Positions 29,804 to 39,868 of a DNA stretch of 64,000 nucleotides are shown in pieces. Made by a program: the position numbers and the translations under genes. The notes below the pieces were generated by a model. That model saw only the letters and a list, made by a program, of their open reading frames with translations. It was not told the DNA's origin and did no database searches. The DNA is from a virus. Taxonomy: Duplodnaviria; Heunggongvirae; Uroviricota; Caudoviricetes. The stretch covers positions 265,798-329,797 of the IMG/VR virus record IMGVR_UViG_3300031992_004563, one strand, 5' to 3'. Each line of letters opens with the position of its first letter. The first letter of the stretch is position 1.

Positions 29804-30877
29804 CTACCATATAGCTTTAAATATTTCAACTACATTATTTTTAGTATCATCAAAAGATTTTTTAACAGTGTTTTTTATAACTGTTCCTGCCTCTTTTAAT
29901 TCTCCTAAATCTGATTTACTTAATTTAAAATCAGTTGAACTACTTTTCTTTTTAGCAAATTTTCTTCCGCCTGACATATATTTTTCTTCTAATGTCATAT
30001 CATTAGATATTTTTGTACTCATTATAAGAGACATATGTTGTTCACCATATTTATTGACCAATTTATTCCATTGTTTTTCAGTAAATACTCTATTGCCAAT
30101 ATTATATGTCGGGTGTTGTTCACTATATTGATTATCATAATAAACCTTTGTTGTATTTTTACCATCTGAAACTATAAAATATAATACCATTTCATATACA
30201 TCATAACCAACATTTTTAATTGTCCATTTTACATATGATGTAGTATAATTAATTTTCTTTTTAGTATTAATATCTGTTTCATATGAGTTATTATAAAAAG
30301 GTGCATATGATTCTTCTAAGAACATTCCGTATCCATTTGTTGCAAAAACCAAATTTGTTCCAATAAGAGACTTTAAATAATTATAGTGTTTTTCAACAAT
30401 GAAAGGAAAATTCTCCATATCAATTCGTGTATATTTCTTTTCACCATTGCATATATATTTAACTTTTTCTCCTGTATTCAAATCAGTTAAATATAATACC
30501 CAATCATCATAGTCTTCAATACGTTTAACATCATTAACATAAAATCTATGTCCTTCTATCCAACGTTTATGCGTACCGGCAACCATACCATCTAAATAAT
30601 TAAACGCATCATATTTATATTGATTTGCTGTATACATTAAACCAAAGTCTTCTTTCCAAAATCTGTCATAATCCATAAAATTATGATAGTGCTCTATAGG
30701 TTGATCAAACAAATCAGTATAATTTGAACCGGTTAAAGGAACAAGATATAATGTTTCACCTTTTAAAGATGAAATGTTTTTAAACTGATAATTTGTTTCT
30801 TTGTTAAAAGACGAATTTGCAAATACACAAATAATATTTAAACAATAGACCGAAAAAATTAAAAAAAGGCGTTTCAT
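29804..30877 (-). CDS. Secreted hypothetical protein (signal peptide)
   Basis: N-terminal MKRLFLIFSVYCLNIICVFA. Promoter motif upstream. Confidence 0.5.
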   Translation of the reverse strand: MKRLFLIFSVYCLNIICVFANSSFNKETNYQFKNISSLKGETLYLVPLTGSNYTDLFDQPIEHYHNFMDYDRFWKEDFGLMYTANQYKYDAFNYLDGMVAGTHKRWIEGHRFYVNDVKRIEDYDDWVLYLTDLNTGEKVKYICNGEKKYTRIDMENFPFIVEKHYNYLKSLIGTNLVFATNGYGMFLEESYAPFYNNSYETDINTKKKINYTTSYVKWTIKNVGYDVYEMVLYFIVSDGKNTTKVYYDNQYSEQHPTYNIGNRVFTEKQWNKLVNKYGEQHMSLIMSTKISNDMTLEEKYMSGGRKFAKKKSSSTDFKLSKSDLGELKEAGTVIKNTVKKSFDDTKNNVVEIFKAIW

Positions 30878-30894
30878 AATCGTAATCTTTAAAA

Positions 30895-30943
30895 TTAACG
30901 ATACAAAATTACTAATATTTCATTATATTAAAAAATAGAAGTT
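30895..30943 (-). promoter_or_regulatory. Conserved promoter motif (coding strand AACTTCTATTTTTTAA-N19-TAATTTTGTATCGTTAA), -7 box TAnnTTTG about 26 nt upstream of ATG
   Basis: One of six near-identical copies upstream of minus-strand genes. Matches the Bacteroides-type -7 element. Confidence 0.55.
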
Positions 30944-30966
30944 AAAATAACTCCTATTTAAAAATG

Positions 30967-30997
30967 TTTGAGGCCATATTATTTCAATGGCCTCAAA
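30967..30997 (-). terminator. Hairpin terminator (TTTGAGGCCAT…ATGGCCTCAAA) after the flotillin gene
   Basis: Inverted repeat downstream of the 31013 stop. Confidence 0.5.
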
Positions 30998-31012
30998 CAA
31001 ATATTAATTGAA

Positions 31013-32965
31013 TTACTTCACCTCTTTAAACTCTACATTATCCTTTTTAGATTTTGTATGTTTTACAGGTTCTTCTGTTGAAGGTGTTTCAACCTCTACT
31101 GGAATTTTTGATTCCTCTGGCTTTGGCAACGATGTTGTAGGTTGATTTTTACCAAGAAGATTCAAAATTTGAGGTTTAAGACCATCATTAACCATGCTAA
31201 CCATTGGAGCAAACTTCTCAAGCCAAGTCTTAGCAAATTCAGCGCTTGTATTCTTATCACCATAAACTGTAACATTGCCAAGTTGAATATGTTCAAGAGT
31301 CTTAGATTGTGCTTCAGCAATACCCTTCCATTGATCAGTCATCATATATTGAACAACTACCTCAGGATTTCCACCAGCGGTTTCAACCATTTGCTTAAAT
31401 GCAAGTGCTGGTGCCAATGCAATTTGTTGTTGCTGTTCAGCCTCTGCCATAAGAGATGCTCGTTTACCCTCAGCTTGTGCAAGCAAAATAGATTTTTCAC
31501 CTTCTGCATCTGCAAGTTTCTTTTTACGAATTGCTTCAGCTTGTGCTTCAGCCTCTTTCAAAATTTTTGCAGCGGCTGCTTCTGCCTCAAGTGTTGCAAC
31601 AGCCTTTGTCTGTTCAGCTTTAATTGTTGCTTGCTCTTTTTCTTTTTGAGCCTTAACAATCATTGTTGCTTGTAACTCGGTTTCTTGAGCTTTAGCCTTC
31701 ATTTCATTAACTTTCACTTGTTGTTCTTGCTCAGTTTGTGCAACGGCCATTCGAGCTTCAACCTTTGCCATACCAGTAACCTTTTCTGCTTCTGCCTCAG
31801 CCTTGCCTGCTTCTGCTTTTGCTTTAGCAACATCAATAGTTGCGGTCTGTTCTGCTACACCTGCCTTTTTATTAGCCTCTGCTGCTTTTTGACGGCGTTC
31901 AGATTCATATTCAGCAATGCTTGCTTGTTTCTTTTGAGTTGCCTCAGAAATCTTTGCCTCTTTTAATTGTTCTGCCTCAGCTGCTTTTGCTTCAGCATCA
32001 GCCTTTGCTTTAGCAACATTAACAGCTGCAATGGATTCTTGCTCTGCTTTTGCAGAATCAGCTTTTTGACCAGCAGTAGCAACTGCAATTGTTTGTTCTG
32101 CCTCAGCGTCGGCAACACCTTCAGCACGTTCCTTTTCAGCTTGCGCCAATTGAATTGCCTGATCCTTACGAGCTTGTGCAACTGCAACCTCTTGTTCCTG
32201 AACTGTTTTAGCAACTGTTGCCAATTGTTCACGCTCAGCCTCTGCAACTTGAATTGCTTCCTCCTTTTTAGTATTGGCAATTTTAATTTTACCTTGCTTT
32301 TCTTGCTCTGCAATATCTGCTTCTGCTTGCGCCTTTGCTTGAGTTGCGGCTTTCTTACCCAAGTTTACAATATAGTTTGCGTCATCATCAATATTAGAAA
32401 TATTAATATTAATAATACCAAAACCAACTTTATTCAACTCCAACTCAATCTTTTGCTTTGCATTCTCAAGGAACTTATTACGGTCAGCGTTAATTTCCTC
32501 AATAGGCATTGTTGCCATAATAGCACGAGTTTCACCAATAAGAATATCCTCAATTTGGCTATCCATTGCTCGTACATCAGAACTTAAGAAACGAGCTGCT
32601 GCATTTTGCATAAGGGTATCAGTTGTTCCAATACCAGTAATCAATGTTACAGGAATAGTTACTTTAATGTTTTGTGAAGATAGACCTGTAATATCGGCTT
32701 TAATCTTGTGAGGTACTAAACTCATCATTTTATATTCCTGGATAACTGGCCATACAAAAGTACCACCGCCATGAATAATTTTTGATGTAAGGATACGATC
32801 TACAGATTTACCATTTTCATCAAATGATTTCTTTGTGCCAGCCTTACCAAATACTACAAGAATTTGGTCACTCGGGCAACGACGATAGCGAGATAAAATC
32901 CAAATAGTTGTCAAAACAACCACAAGTACAATAACTGCTACAGTAATAAAAATTGATACATTCAT
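31013..32965 (-). CDS. Flotillin-like SPFH/band-7 domain protein with a long Ala/Glu/Gln-rich coiled coil
   Basis: N-terminal TM helix, an SPFH-like domain, then an EA-repeat flotillin-type region. 650 aa. Antisense ORFs in this region are low-complexity artefacts. Confidence 0.75.
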   Translation of the reverse strand: MNVSIFITVAVIVLVVVLTTIWILSRYRRCPSDQILVVFGKAGTKKSFDENGKSVDRILTSKIIHGGGTFVWPVIQEYKMMSLVPHKIKADITGLSSQNIKVTIPVTLITGIGTTDTLMQNAAARFLSSDVRAMDSQIEDILIGETRAIMATMPIEEINADRNKFLENAKQKIELELNKVGFGIININISNIDDDANYIVNLGKKAATQAKAQAEADIAEQEKQGKIKIANTKKEEAIQVAEAEREQLATVAKTVQEQEVAVAQARKDQAIQLAQAEKERAEGVADAEAEQTIAVATAGQKADSAKAEQESIAAVNVAKAKADAEAKAAEAEQLKEAKISEATQKKQASIAEYESERRQKAAEANKKAGVAEQTATIDVAKAKAEAGKAEAEAEKVTGMAKVEARMAVAQTEQEQQVKVNEMKAKAQETELQATMIVKAQKEKEQATIKAEQTKAVATLEAEAAAAKILKEAEAQAEAIRKKKLADAEGEKSILLAQAEGKRASLMAEAEQQQQIALAPALAFKQMVETAGGNPEVVVQYMMTDQWKGIAEAQSKTLEHIQLGNVTVYGDKNTSAEFAKTWLEKFAPMVSMVNDGLKPQILNLLGKNQPTTSLPKPEESKIPVEVETPSTEEPVKHTKSKKDNVEFKEVK

Positions 32966-32998
32966 AATTTTTAAATATTTAAAAGTTTATAAAATTTG

Positions 32999-33523
32999 TT
33001 ATACATAAAATTTTCCATTATCAGCTGATATAATAATTACTTCATCGCCAAGTTTATGTTTTTCATTCAATGAATACACTTTAATTTCTTGACCATTGAA
33101 ATCTGGAATATTTACATAATATGCATTTTCTTCATCTGTGCATACAATTGAAACTACACCTTTATGCCCAATAAAATCTTCTGGTGTTTGACCAACAGGT
33201 TCATGCCGTAATTTGAGCAATAATATTCCTATATAAAATAGAATTACTGTAAATGCAATTCCAAGTACAATAGCAATCAAATAATCATACCAAACAAGTG
33301 TACCATTATATGATACTAATGACAACCATCCAGCAAAACCCATTAAGAAATGAATAATTCCTTTAAATGATAGAATATCACCCCATGACAAATCACCAAA
33401 TCCATCACCATCAAAGTCAATATCCGTATCAAAATCAGTTCCACCAAACATGGCAATAAAAAATTGAATAAGGAAAATTGAATAGGCTATAATAGCCAAA
33501 GAATAATAAATTGTTGTTAACAT
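32999..33523 (-). CDS. NfeD-like membrane protein (YuaF/YqiJ-type), the usual partner of SPFH proteins
   Basis: Polytopic N-terminus with a DxDxD-rich loop and a C-terminal soluble OB-like domain. Lies immediately upstream of the flotillin gene. Confidence 0.6.
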   Translation of the reverse strand: MLTTIYYSLAIIAYSIFLIQFFIAMFGGTDFDTDIDFDGDGFGDLSWGDILSFKGIIHFLMGFAGWLSLVSYNGTLVWYDYLIAIVLGIAFTVILFYIGILLLKLRHEPVGQTPEDFIGHKGVVSIVCTDEENAYYVNIPDFNGQEIKVYSLNEKHKLGDEVIIISADNGKFYV

Positions 33524-33628
33524 TATTAATTAAATTTAAATGTTAGTAAATAATTTAATTTGTTTAAAATATAGGTTTATGCCAAATTACACAAACCTAT
33601 ATTTTATATTCATTAATTTTTAAATGTT

Positions 33629-35023
33629 TCACTTATTATCTTTGAGATCATTAAGAAAATTCCAAATTTTATTAATTACTTCATCATGTTCTTGTATCTT
33701 TTTATTAAGATCCGTATGAATATCAGTAATTGCATCATTAACAATCTTAACAACCGGCTTAGTAACAGGAGTAGTATACTCTTTTTTAGGCTCAACATAT
33801 TTATCAAGTTGATAGCTATAAAATTCTTTATAATTTGATACATGAACATTTAATTTGCTACCAAATCGTACAAGATACTTAGTTTTTGTACCACTATCAC
33901 ATCGATGTCGAATAATTTCATCAATAACTCCATGTGTGCCTTTCAAACTGCCAGTTTTAACCACAACTTTATCACCAACTTTAAATTTATTTACAAAGCG
34001 CGGTTCAGATTTAACTGTATCCTGTGGTCTAAATTCAACCATTTGAATAGGATTGGTTTTTGCCGGTTTTTCAGCATCCTTTTTTGTATCACTTTGCTTA
34101 ATATCGTCATTTACAACATCTGCAATAACATCCATAATAGAATTAAATGTTAAACGGCCATCCTCATTAGCATTAAGAATATTATAAATGTCATGAAACA
34201 TTTCTTGTGTAATGGTATAAATTTTATCCTGACCAAGATTAAGTTTAAATATTGTAATTGTAAATTTAGACCCTGTAAAATTCTTACGATGCTTAAGCAT
34301 TACTGCATAATCCTTTGTCAATTCACGATAAAGTGTGCATTGTTCAGTTTCACACCAATGAGGGTTCTCAGTCTTAACATTTTTCTTAAGTTCATCAACC
34401 AACTTTGACACACCTGATTTAACAGTTTCCTTTGCATCATTATAGGTCTTTTTAAATTTGTCAGAATCCTTTGTAAATGTTTCAACCTGATTTTTGGCAG
34501 AATTATAATAATCATTTACAATATCCAAAAAATCATCTAACTTATCTTGAAGATTTGCATTTTGTGCAATATCCAAAAGTTGTGAAACATATTTACGAAC
34601 ATTTTGACAGCCGTCTTTAATATCATCAATTTTAAAATTGAATACTTTATTAAGCAATCTCATTTCATTTCCAGCAAATACAGCATATTGTTTATCTTCA
34701 TAAACATAAAGATCATGTTCACTAGTATAAAGAATACGTTCAACACCAACACATTTATGTACTAATACATTTTGATATTTAACTGTTGAATTTTTACCAG
34801 CATTTGGCGTAGAAGGGGTAATTGTAATTTTTACAATAACTGGGTCATTTGGATGAGATTTGCTTGCAGCATATCCAAGAATAGTGTTTTGATCACGACC
34901 CTCACTTACATTTTTAATATATTGATCTGTTGAAATAACAAGATCATAAGTACCATCTTTTTCCTGATACTCTACTACATATTTAGGTTTAAATGACATG
35001 TAATCTAAAAATTTCTTTGCCAT
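33629..35023 (-). CDS. Hypothetical protein containing a KOW-like motif (FKVGDKVVVKTGSLKGTHGVIDEI)
   Basis: 464-aa ORF. Confidence 0.45.
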   Translation of the reverse strand: MAKKFLDYMSFKPKYVVEYQEKDGTYDLVISTDQYIKNVSEGRDQNTILGYAASKSHPNDPVIVKITITPSTPNAGKNSTVKYQNVLVHKCVGVERILYTSEHDLYVYEDKQYAVFAGNEMRLLNKVFNFKIDDIKDGCQNVRKYVSQLLDIAQNANLQDKLDDFLDIVNDYYNSAKNQVETFTKDSDKFKKTYNDAKETVKSGVSKLVDELKKNVKTENPHWCETEQCTLYRELTKDYAVMLKHRKNFTGSKFTITIFKLNLGQDKIYTITQEMFHDIYNILNANEDGRLTFNSIMDVIADVVNDDIKQSDTKKDAEKPAKTNPIQMVEFRPQDTVKSEPRFVNKFKVGDKVVVKTGSLKGTHGVIDEIIRHRCDSGTKTKYLVRFGSKLNVHVSNYKEFYSYQLDKYVEPKKEYTTPVTKPVVKIVNDAITDIHTDLNKKIQEHDEVINKIWNFLNDLKDNK

Positions 35024-35054
35024 AATTTTAAAAATTTTAAGTTTATAATGTTAA

Positions 35055-35330
35055 TTATTTTTTCTTATCTATAAATGACCAAGTTGAACAGTGTCTAAAA
35101 ATTTCTGGATTTGCATCAGTAAAATCATTAAAATCAATTTCACTAAGAGGAATTTTTACACCCGTTCCCATGTAATCACAACTAATCCATGCAAATTCTT
35201 TTTCAAGATTTGAAGTATTTACAATAATAGGATATCTTACATGAACATTTTTCTCTTTAAGCAATTTAAGCACCTTTTTATAGGTTTCATTAGATTGCTC
35301 AAGTTCTTCAGCATTTAATTTTTTAATCAT
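35055..35330 (-). CDS. Hypothetical protein
   Basis: 91-aa ORF. Confidence 0.4.
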   Translation of the reverse strand: MIKKLNAEELEQSNETYKKVLKLLKEKNVHVRYPIIVNTSNLEKEFAWISCDYMGTGVKIPLSEIDFNDFTDANPEIFRHCSTWSFIDKKK

Positions 35331-35470
35331 ACGCTTTATAAATTTATGTTTATAATTTCATTTCGCTTTATTATTATAATTAAGGTTTTAAAAAAGTTTA
35401 CAGTTTTTTCAAATAAAAACAATATTTTGGTTTTGTACTAAAATATTCAAATAAAAATTTAAGGCATTTA

Positions 35471-36049
35471 ATGAAAGTAATTATTATTGAGGGGCCTGAT
35501 AATACTGGTAAAAATACATTAATAAATCATGTTTTGGATAATAATGAAATTGTGAAAATTATTCATTGCAGTAAGCCAAAACAATTGGACAATGTTTTAT
35601 ATCATCAATTCATTTCATTTAAAAAATTAGCTGAAGAAGCAATTAAAGATTATAGTTTAAATTCAGATGAGGTTTTAATTTATAATCGTTATCATATTGG
35701 CGAATATGTTTATGGTCAATTATATAGAGATGAAAATCCTGAACAAATTCTTGAAGTAATTCATCTTATTGAAGATACAATATTAAATGCAATTCCTCAA
35801 GATAATATTTCATATATTCAATTGTTATCTCGTTCAGCAAAACTTTTACAAAACAATGATGATAATAAATCTTTATCTAATGCAAGACTTGATTTAATTG
35901 AAAAAGAAAATCAATTATTTAAAGAAGCTTTTGAAAAATCAAAATTTAAAAACAAACATATAATTTATATCGATAAAGAAAATACAGATACATTTAAAAC
36001 AAGAGAACAAATTATTGACGAATTTGATATTTTTACAAAAAATGATTAA
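35471..36049 (+). CDS. P-loop (d)NMP kinase-like protein (thymidylate/deoxynucleotide monophosphate kinase family)
   Basis: N-terminal IIIEGPDNTGKNT P-loop in the typical dNMP/thymidylate kinase context. Confidence 0.5.
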   Translation: MKVIIIEGPDNTGKNTLINHVLDNNEIVKIIHCSKPKQLDNVLYHQFISFKKLAEEAIKDYSLNSDEVLIYNRYHIGEYVYGQLYRDENPEQILEVIHLIEDTILNAIPQDNISYIQLLSRSAKLLQNNDDNKSLSNARLDLIEKENQLFKEAFEKSKFKNKHIIYIDKENTDTFKTREQIIDEFDIFTKND

Positions 36050-36058
36050 TAATAGTTT

Positions 36059-36778
36059 ATGTTAAAAACTGAAGATATTAAAAATCTATTAAAAGAAAAA
36101 TATAAAAATGAAGAATTTAGAGTAACTAAATCTGGTGTAAAAACTGTTGAACTTCAAGGTATTCAGTTTGAAGCTGATAAAGATTCTATTATTCGTGAAC
36201 CAAATTATGATTATGCAAATAGGGAAATTCAATGGTATGAATCACAATCATTAAATGTTAATGATATTCCAGGTGGAGCACCAACAATTTGGAAACAATG
36301 TGCAGATGTAAATGGTGATATTAATTCAAATTATGGTTGGATGATTTATTCAAAGGAAAATGGCTCACAATATAATAACTGCGTTTGGCAATTAGTTAAT
36401 GACCCAACTACAAGAGAAGCTTGTATGATTTATAATAGACCAAGTATGCATGTTGATGCAACATCAAATCATAAACATGATTTTTGTTGTACTTATGCAG
36501 TTCAATGTTTCTTAAATGAAGTTAATAGATATCACACATCGCCAGATGGTGATAAAGTTAAAATTGGTTTAGATTATTATACATTAGATTATATTGTATA
36601 TCAAAGAAGTTGTGATGCAGTATTTGGTTATAATAATGATGTTTTATGGCATACATATGTACGTGATAAAATGCTAAAAGATTTTAATGAAATGGGTTTA
36701 AATGTTAAAAAAGGCATAATAAATTATAATTGTGGCAGTTTACATGTTTACGAGAGACACTTTAAGTTCTTAGACTAA
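36059..36778 (+). CDS. Thymidylate synthase/pyrimidine hydroxymethylase family enzyme, divergent (Cys-Cys in place of the canonical Pro-Cys-His)
   Basis: YQRSCDAVFGYNNDVLWH aligns with ThyA YQRSCDVFLGLPFN. The active-site region HDFCCTYAVQCF aligns with PPCHAFFQFYV. Confidence 0.6.
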   Translation: MLKTEDIKNLLKEKYKNEEFRVTKSGVKTVELQGIQFEADKDSIIREPNYDYANREIQWYESQSLNVNDIPGGAPTIWKQCADVNGDINSNYGWMIYSKENGSQYNNCVWQLVNDPTTREACMIYNRPSMHVDATSNHKHDFCCTYAVQCFLNEVNRYHTSPDGDKVKIGLDYYTLDYIVYQRSCDAVFGYNNDVLWHTYVRDKMLKDFNEMGLNVKKGIINYNCGSLHVYERHFKFLD

Positions 36779-36802
36779 TAACTTAATTAATATATAAAAT
36801 GA

Positions 36803-36900
36803 AGGCTAGAAATTTAATTTCTAGCCTTTTATATTTTGCATAATGAATAATTTTTAATTCATTATGCTGCAAAATACTGCATAATGAATAATTTTTAAAT
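36803..36900. repeat. Terminator hairpin (GGCTAGAAATT…AATTTCTAGCC) followed by two tandem ~33-bp direct repeats, each a perfect palindrome (GCATAATGAATAATTTTTA(A)ATTCATTATG)
   Basis: Direct reading of 36803-36900 between convergent genes. Confidence 0.5.
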
Positions 36901-37212
36901 CATTATGACAAAATTCTTTGCTGAATCAAGTTCATTATCTGTACATACCAATGTATGTGCTCTATTAATACCTTGTAAACTCAATGTTTCCAAACTTGGA
37001 TTTACTGATGCCACAATAAACAAATCATAATCATTTAAACTTGTTGCATCCTTTAATTCACCTGTAATTGTATTATAGTTGTCAGTGTTAAGATAACGTG
37101 TACAAATTACTGCATCCTTAATTTGGCGATCTGTATACTTTTCAAGCTTGTGTACAAAGGTGTTAATTTTTTCTTGATTTTCTGTTGTTGCTCTTACGAT
37201 AATTGTTTTCAT
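36895..37212 (-). CDS. Hypothetical protein
   Basis: 105-aa ORF. Confidence 0.45.
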   Translation of the reverse strand: MKTIIVRATTENQEKINTFVHKLEKYTDRQIKDAVICTRYLNTDNYNTITGELKDATSLNDYDLFIVASVNPSLETLSLQGINRAHTLVCTDNELDSAKNFVIMI

Positions 37213-37306
37213 GCTTCATTAATATAAATTTTTGATTTATATATTATATGTTGGTATTTTAGAATGTTTCATTTTTTAATAAATATATTGAAAATAAATG
37301 TATTTT

Positions 37307-38425
37307 ATGAATAAAAAACAATTATATGAATCAATAATGTCTTCTGTTTCTAAAGAGGTTAAAAAGGCTTTATTAGAATATAGAACAAAATCTGTAGATA
37401 CATATGATATAAATCTAAAAGATGTTGAATAGTATTTAAAAACTACATTACAACAATGGATTTATGCAAAAATTAAAAGTATTCAAGGCTTACGCTATGA
37501 ATTTTGGAGTTGGGGTGATTCTGGAGCAATATATGTATATGTTGGATCTATATATCCTAATCAACCTATAAATATTACTATTTCTAATAAATCATATTAT
37601 AGAGATATTCGATCAGACTTACAAAAAATACAAGATTACCTTAAAGATCATAAAGAATTTCAAATAACATCTTCTAGAATAGCAAGAGATCAACGTTTAG
37701 AATGTAGATATTTTGTTGAAAAAGATAAAGATTTATATGATGCCATACAAAATGCAAAGAATAAATTTGAACAAGATGTTGAAGAAGCTAATACAGATGA
37801 ATTTGCACCAACAGAAAGAGATTGGATTAAGATGGTTGGATATATGAATAATCATTCAAATCCAGAACGTGTTGCAAAATCTTGTAAAGAACCAAGAAAA
37901 ATTGTTGCAAGATATATAATTGCTAGAACTCTTGGTTGGGATGAAGCTGCACATGAATTTAAGTATAAAATTTTATCCGAACATATTTTAAGTGAAGCTC
38001 AACTTGAAGCATATAGAAGAAAATATGCAACATATAATATTCCAGATGATATAAAGGAATTAATAGAAGATTTTAAAGAAGCTGATGAAACTGGTGGTTT
38101 AAATAGAAATATAGAACATGCTGATATATTGCCAAATCAACTTAAAAAATATATACATGATAATATAAACATTAAATCTTATACAATTGAAATTCCAGAA
38201 GATAAAAATGTAGTTCCAATTAAAAAGACTGGAAGATATAGAAGTGGATTTGGATATAATTATATTCCAGTTGGCAATGCAAAATGTGTGATTTTACATA
38301 TTACATTAATAAATGGACAAACTAAAGATTTATTATTTGTTTATAAACATAATAATAATAAACAATGTTTTATTACAACAAGAGATTTATATAATATATC
38401 ATATTTTGATAATAATGATTTTTAG
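37307..38425 (+). CDS. Hypothetical protein with one in-frame TAG (37430-37432)
   Basis: ATG at 37307 and the track ORF 37832-38425 share frame 2. No other stops lie between them. Confidence 0.45.
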
Positions 38426-38482
38426 GGAGCAAATCCAAAAACATCAGCATATACTCTAGATACAATTATAAATCAATAAAAT

Positions 38483-38509
38483 AAAAGGTTGGAAATTTTC
38501 CAACCTTTT
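38483..38509. terminator. Bidirectional hairpin (AAAAGGTTGGAAA…TTTCCAACCTTTT)
   Basis: Inverted repeat between convergent genes. Confidence 0.5.
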
Positions 38510-38510
38510 A

Positions 38511-38816
38511 TTATGCAGAAAAACTTATAGTTCCAACCTCATTTTCCAATTCACATACAGAATCTGTACATGCGCACCATTTTCCGTGTTTAGCAGATTC
38601 TTGTAAACAATCTGCTGTAAAGTTTACTCGCCAAATATCAGTATTGCCTTTTTCATTAATAAAATCAAGGCAACATTGAACCAAACGGTCTTGAAGTTCC
38701 CTTGCAAGATTATTAGCTTCAGGATTTTCAAGCAATTCTTGACGTCTTTTAATGGCCTCTGCTTCTCTTTTGCAGATTTCATCATATGCTTTTGCTTTTC
38801 TTTCTTCTAATGTCAT
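38511..38816 (-). CDS. Hypothetical protein
   Basis: 101-aa ORF. Confidence 0.45.
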   Translation of the reverse strand: MTLEERKAKAYDEICKREAEAIKRRQELLENPEANNLARELQDRLVQCCLDFINEKGNTDIWRVNFTADCLQESAKHGKWCACTDSVCELENEVGTISFSA

Positions 38817-38948
38817 AATTATTAATATTTTAAATTTTAACTAAGCAATAAACCAACTATTACACCAATAATTGCGCCAATACATCCACATCCAATTATT
38901 AAATAATTGCATATAGCCAATCTGGTATTTCAAATTCAATTTTCATAC

Positions 38949-39563
38949 TTATTTTTTAATATATGCATAAAGTAAAGTTAAACCTTCTTTTTTTAATTCA
39001 GCAGGAACCCCAATATTATTCAATACACGAGTATCAAATGCATGAGTAATAAAATGGCAACCATGTGCAGTATCAACTGCTTTAATAATATTTCCTTCTG
39101 GATAATCAGATGCTGCATAATTAATTTTATTATATGCAAGTTGGATTTCAACTGGGTCCTGAGTATCTACGTCAATAACCCAGTACTTATTATCTTTATC
39201 ACTGCCGGATTTCATAACAGCTGAATCAAGCATTCCTTTAAGAAGCATTGAAGAACCGCCGTTAACTTCATTTTTAATATTCTGCATTACAATAGATTGC
39301 AGTGCAAAAAGAACATTAAGAATTGGTTTTGGATTTACACAAATATATGCACGACATTGATGTTGTTTGCAAAGCTCGATGATTTCTTGTTCACGCTTCT
39401 CAAAATCTTCCATACTTTGAATATGATAAGATTTAATAGTACGCTCAATGTGCTCATCATTATCTTTTGCACGCATACAAACCCAAACCCAAATAATGGT
39501 TTTCTTTTTAGGGTCAAACTCTAAAAAGGATTTAATTGCTTTAAAATTGTTAATTTCTATCAT
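38949..39563 (-). CDS. Hypothetical protein
   Basis: 204-aa ORF. Confidence 0.5.
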   Translation of the reverse strand: MIEINNFKAIKSFLEFDPKKKTIIWVWVCMRAKDNDEHIERTIKSYHIQSMEDFEKREQEIIELCKQHQCRAYICVNPKPILNVLFALQSIVMQNIKNEVNGGSSMLLKGMLDSAVMKSGSDKDNKYWVIDVDTQDPVEIQLAYNKINYAASDYPEGNIIKAVDTAHGCHFITHAFDTRVLNNIGVPAELKKEGLTLLYAYIKK

Positions 39564-39568
39564 AACTA

Positions 39569-39868
39569 TTAATTATTTTTAGGTCTAAATGATACATAAT
39601 AAGAACCATCTACAATTTCATTTCCAATTGTGTGTCTTCCAAAGAAAAATTTTCGATAAGTTCCAATTATACAATTTCCAAGAATTTCATTTTCAAATAA
39701 TTCTTTATTTTCATCAAAGAGATAAAAATCTCCTGTATGAGAACCACGTGGAGTTTTAATACTAACATAAGTAATTCCTAAATTCTTTAATGCTTCTTCA
39801 CATTCCATTGTTGCACCAATGTGCCAACCTAAATTAGGAATTTTAGTATTTACATGGATTTCTTTCAT
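39569..39868 (-). CDS. Hypothetical protein
   Basis: 99-aa ORF. Confidence 0.45.
   Translation of the reverse strand: MKEIHVNTKIPNLGWHIGATMECEEALKNLGITYVSIKTPRGSHTGDFYLFDENKELFENEILGNCIIGTYRKFFFGRHTIGNEIVDGSYYVSFRPKNN

Noticed and set aside
31142-32587. Antisense ORFs (31142-31675, 31685-31966, 31967-32587) overlapping the flotillin gene
   Set aside because: These are Cys/Leu/Phe-rich translations of the reverse strand of an Ala/Glu/Gln repeat region, which makes them spurious.
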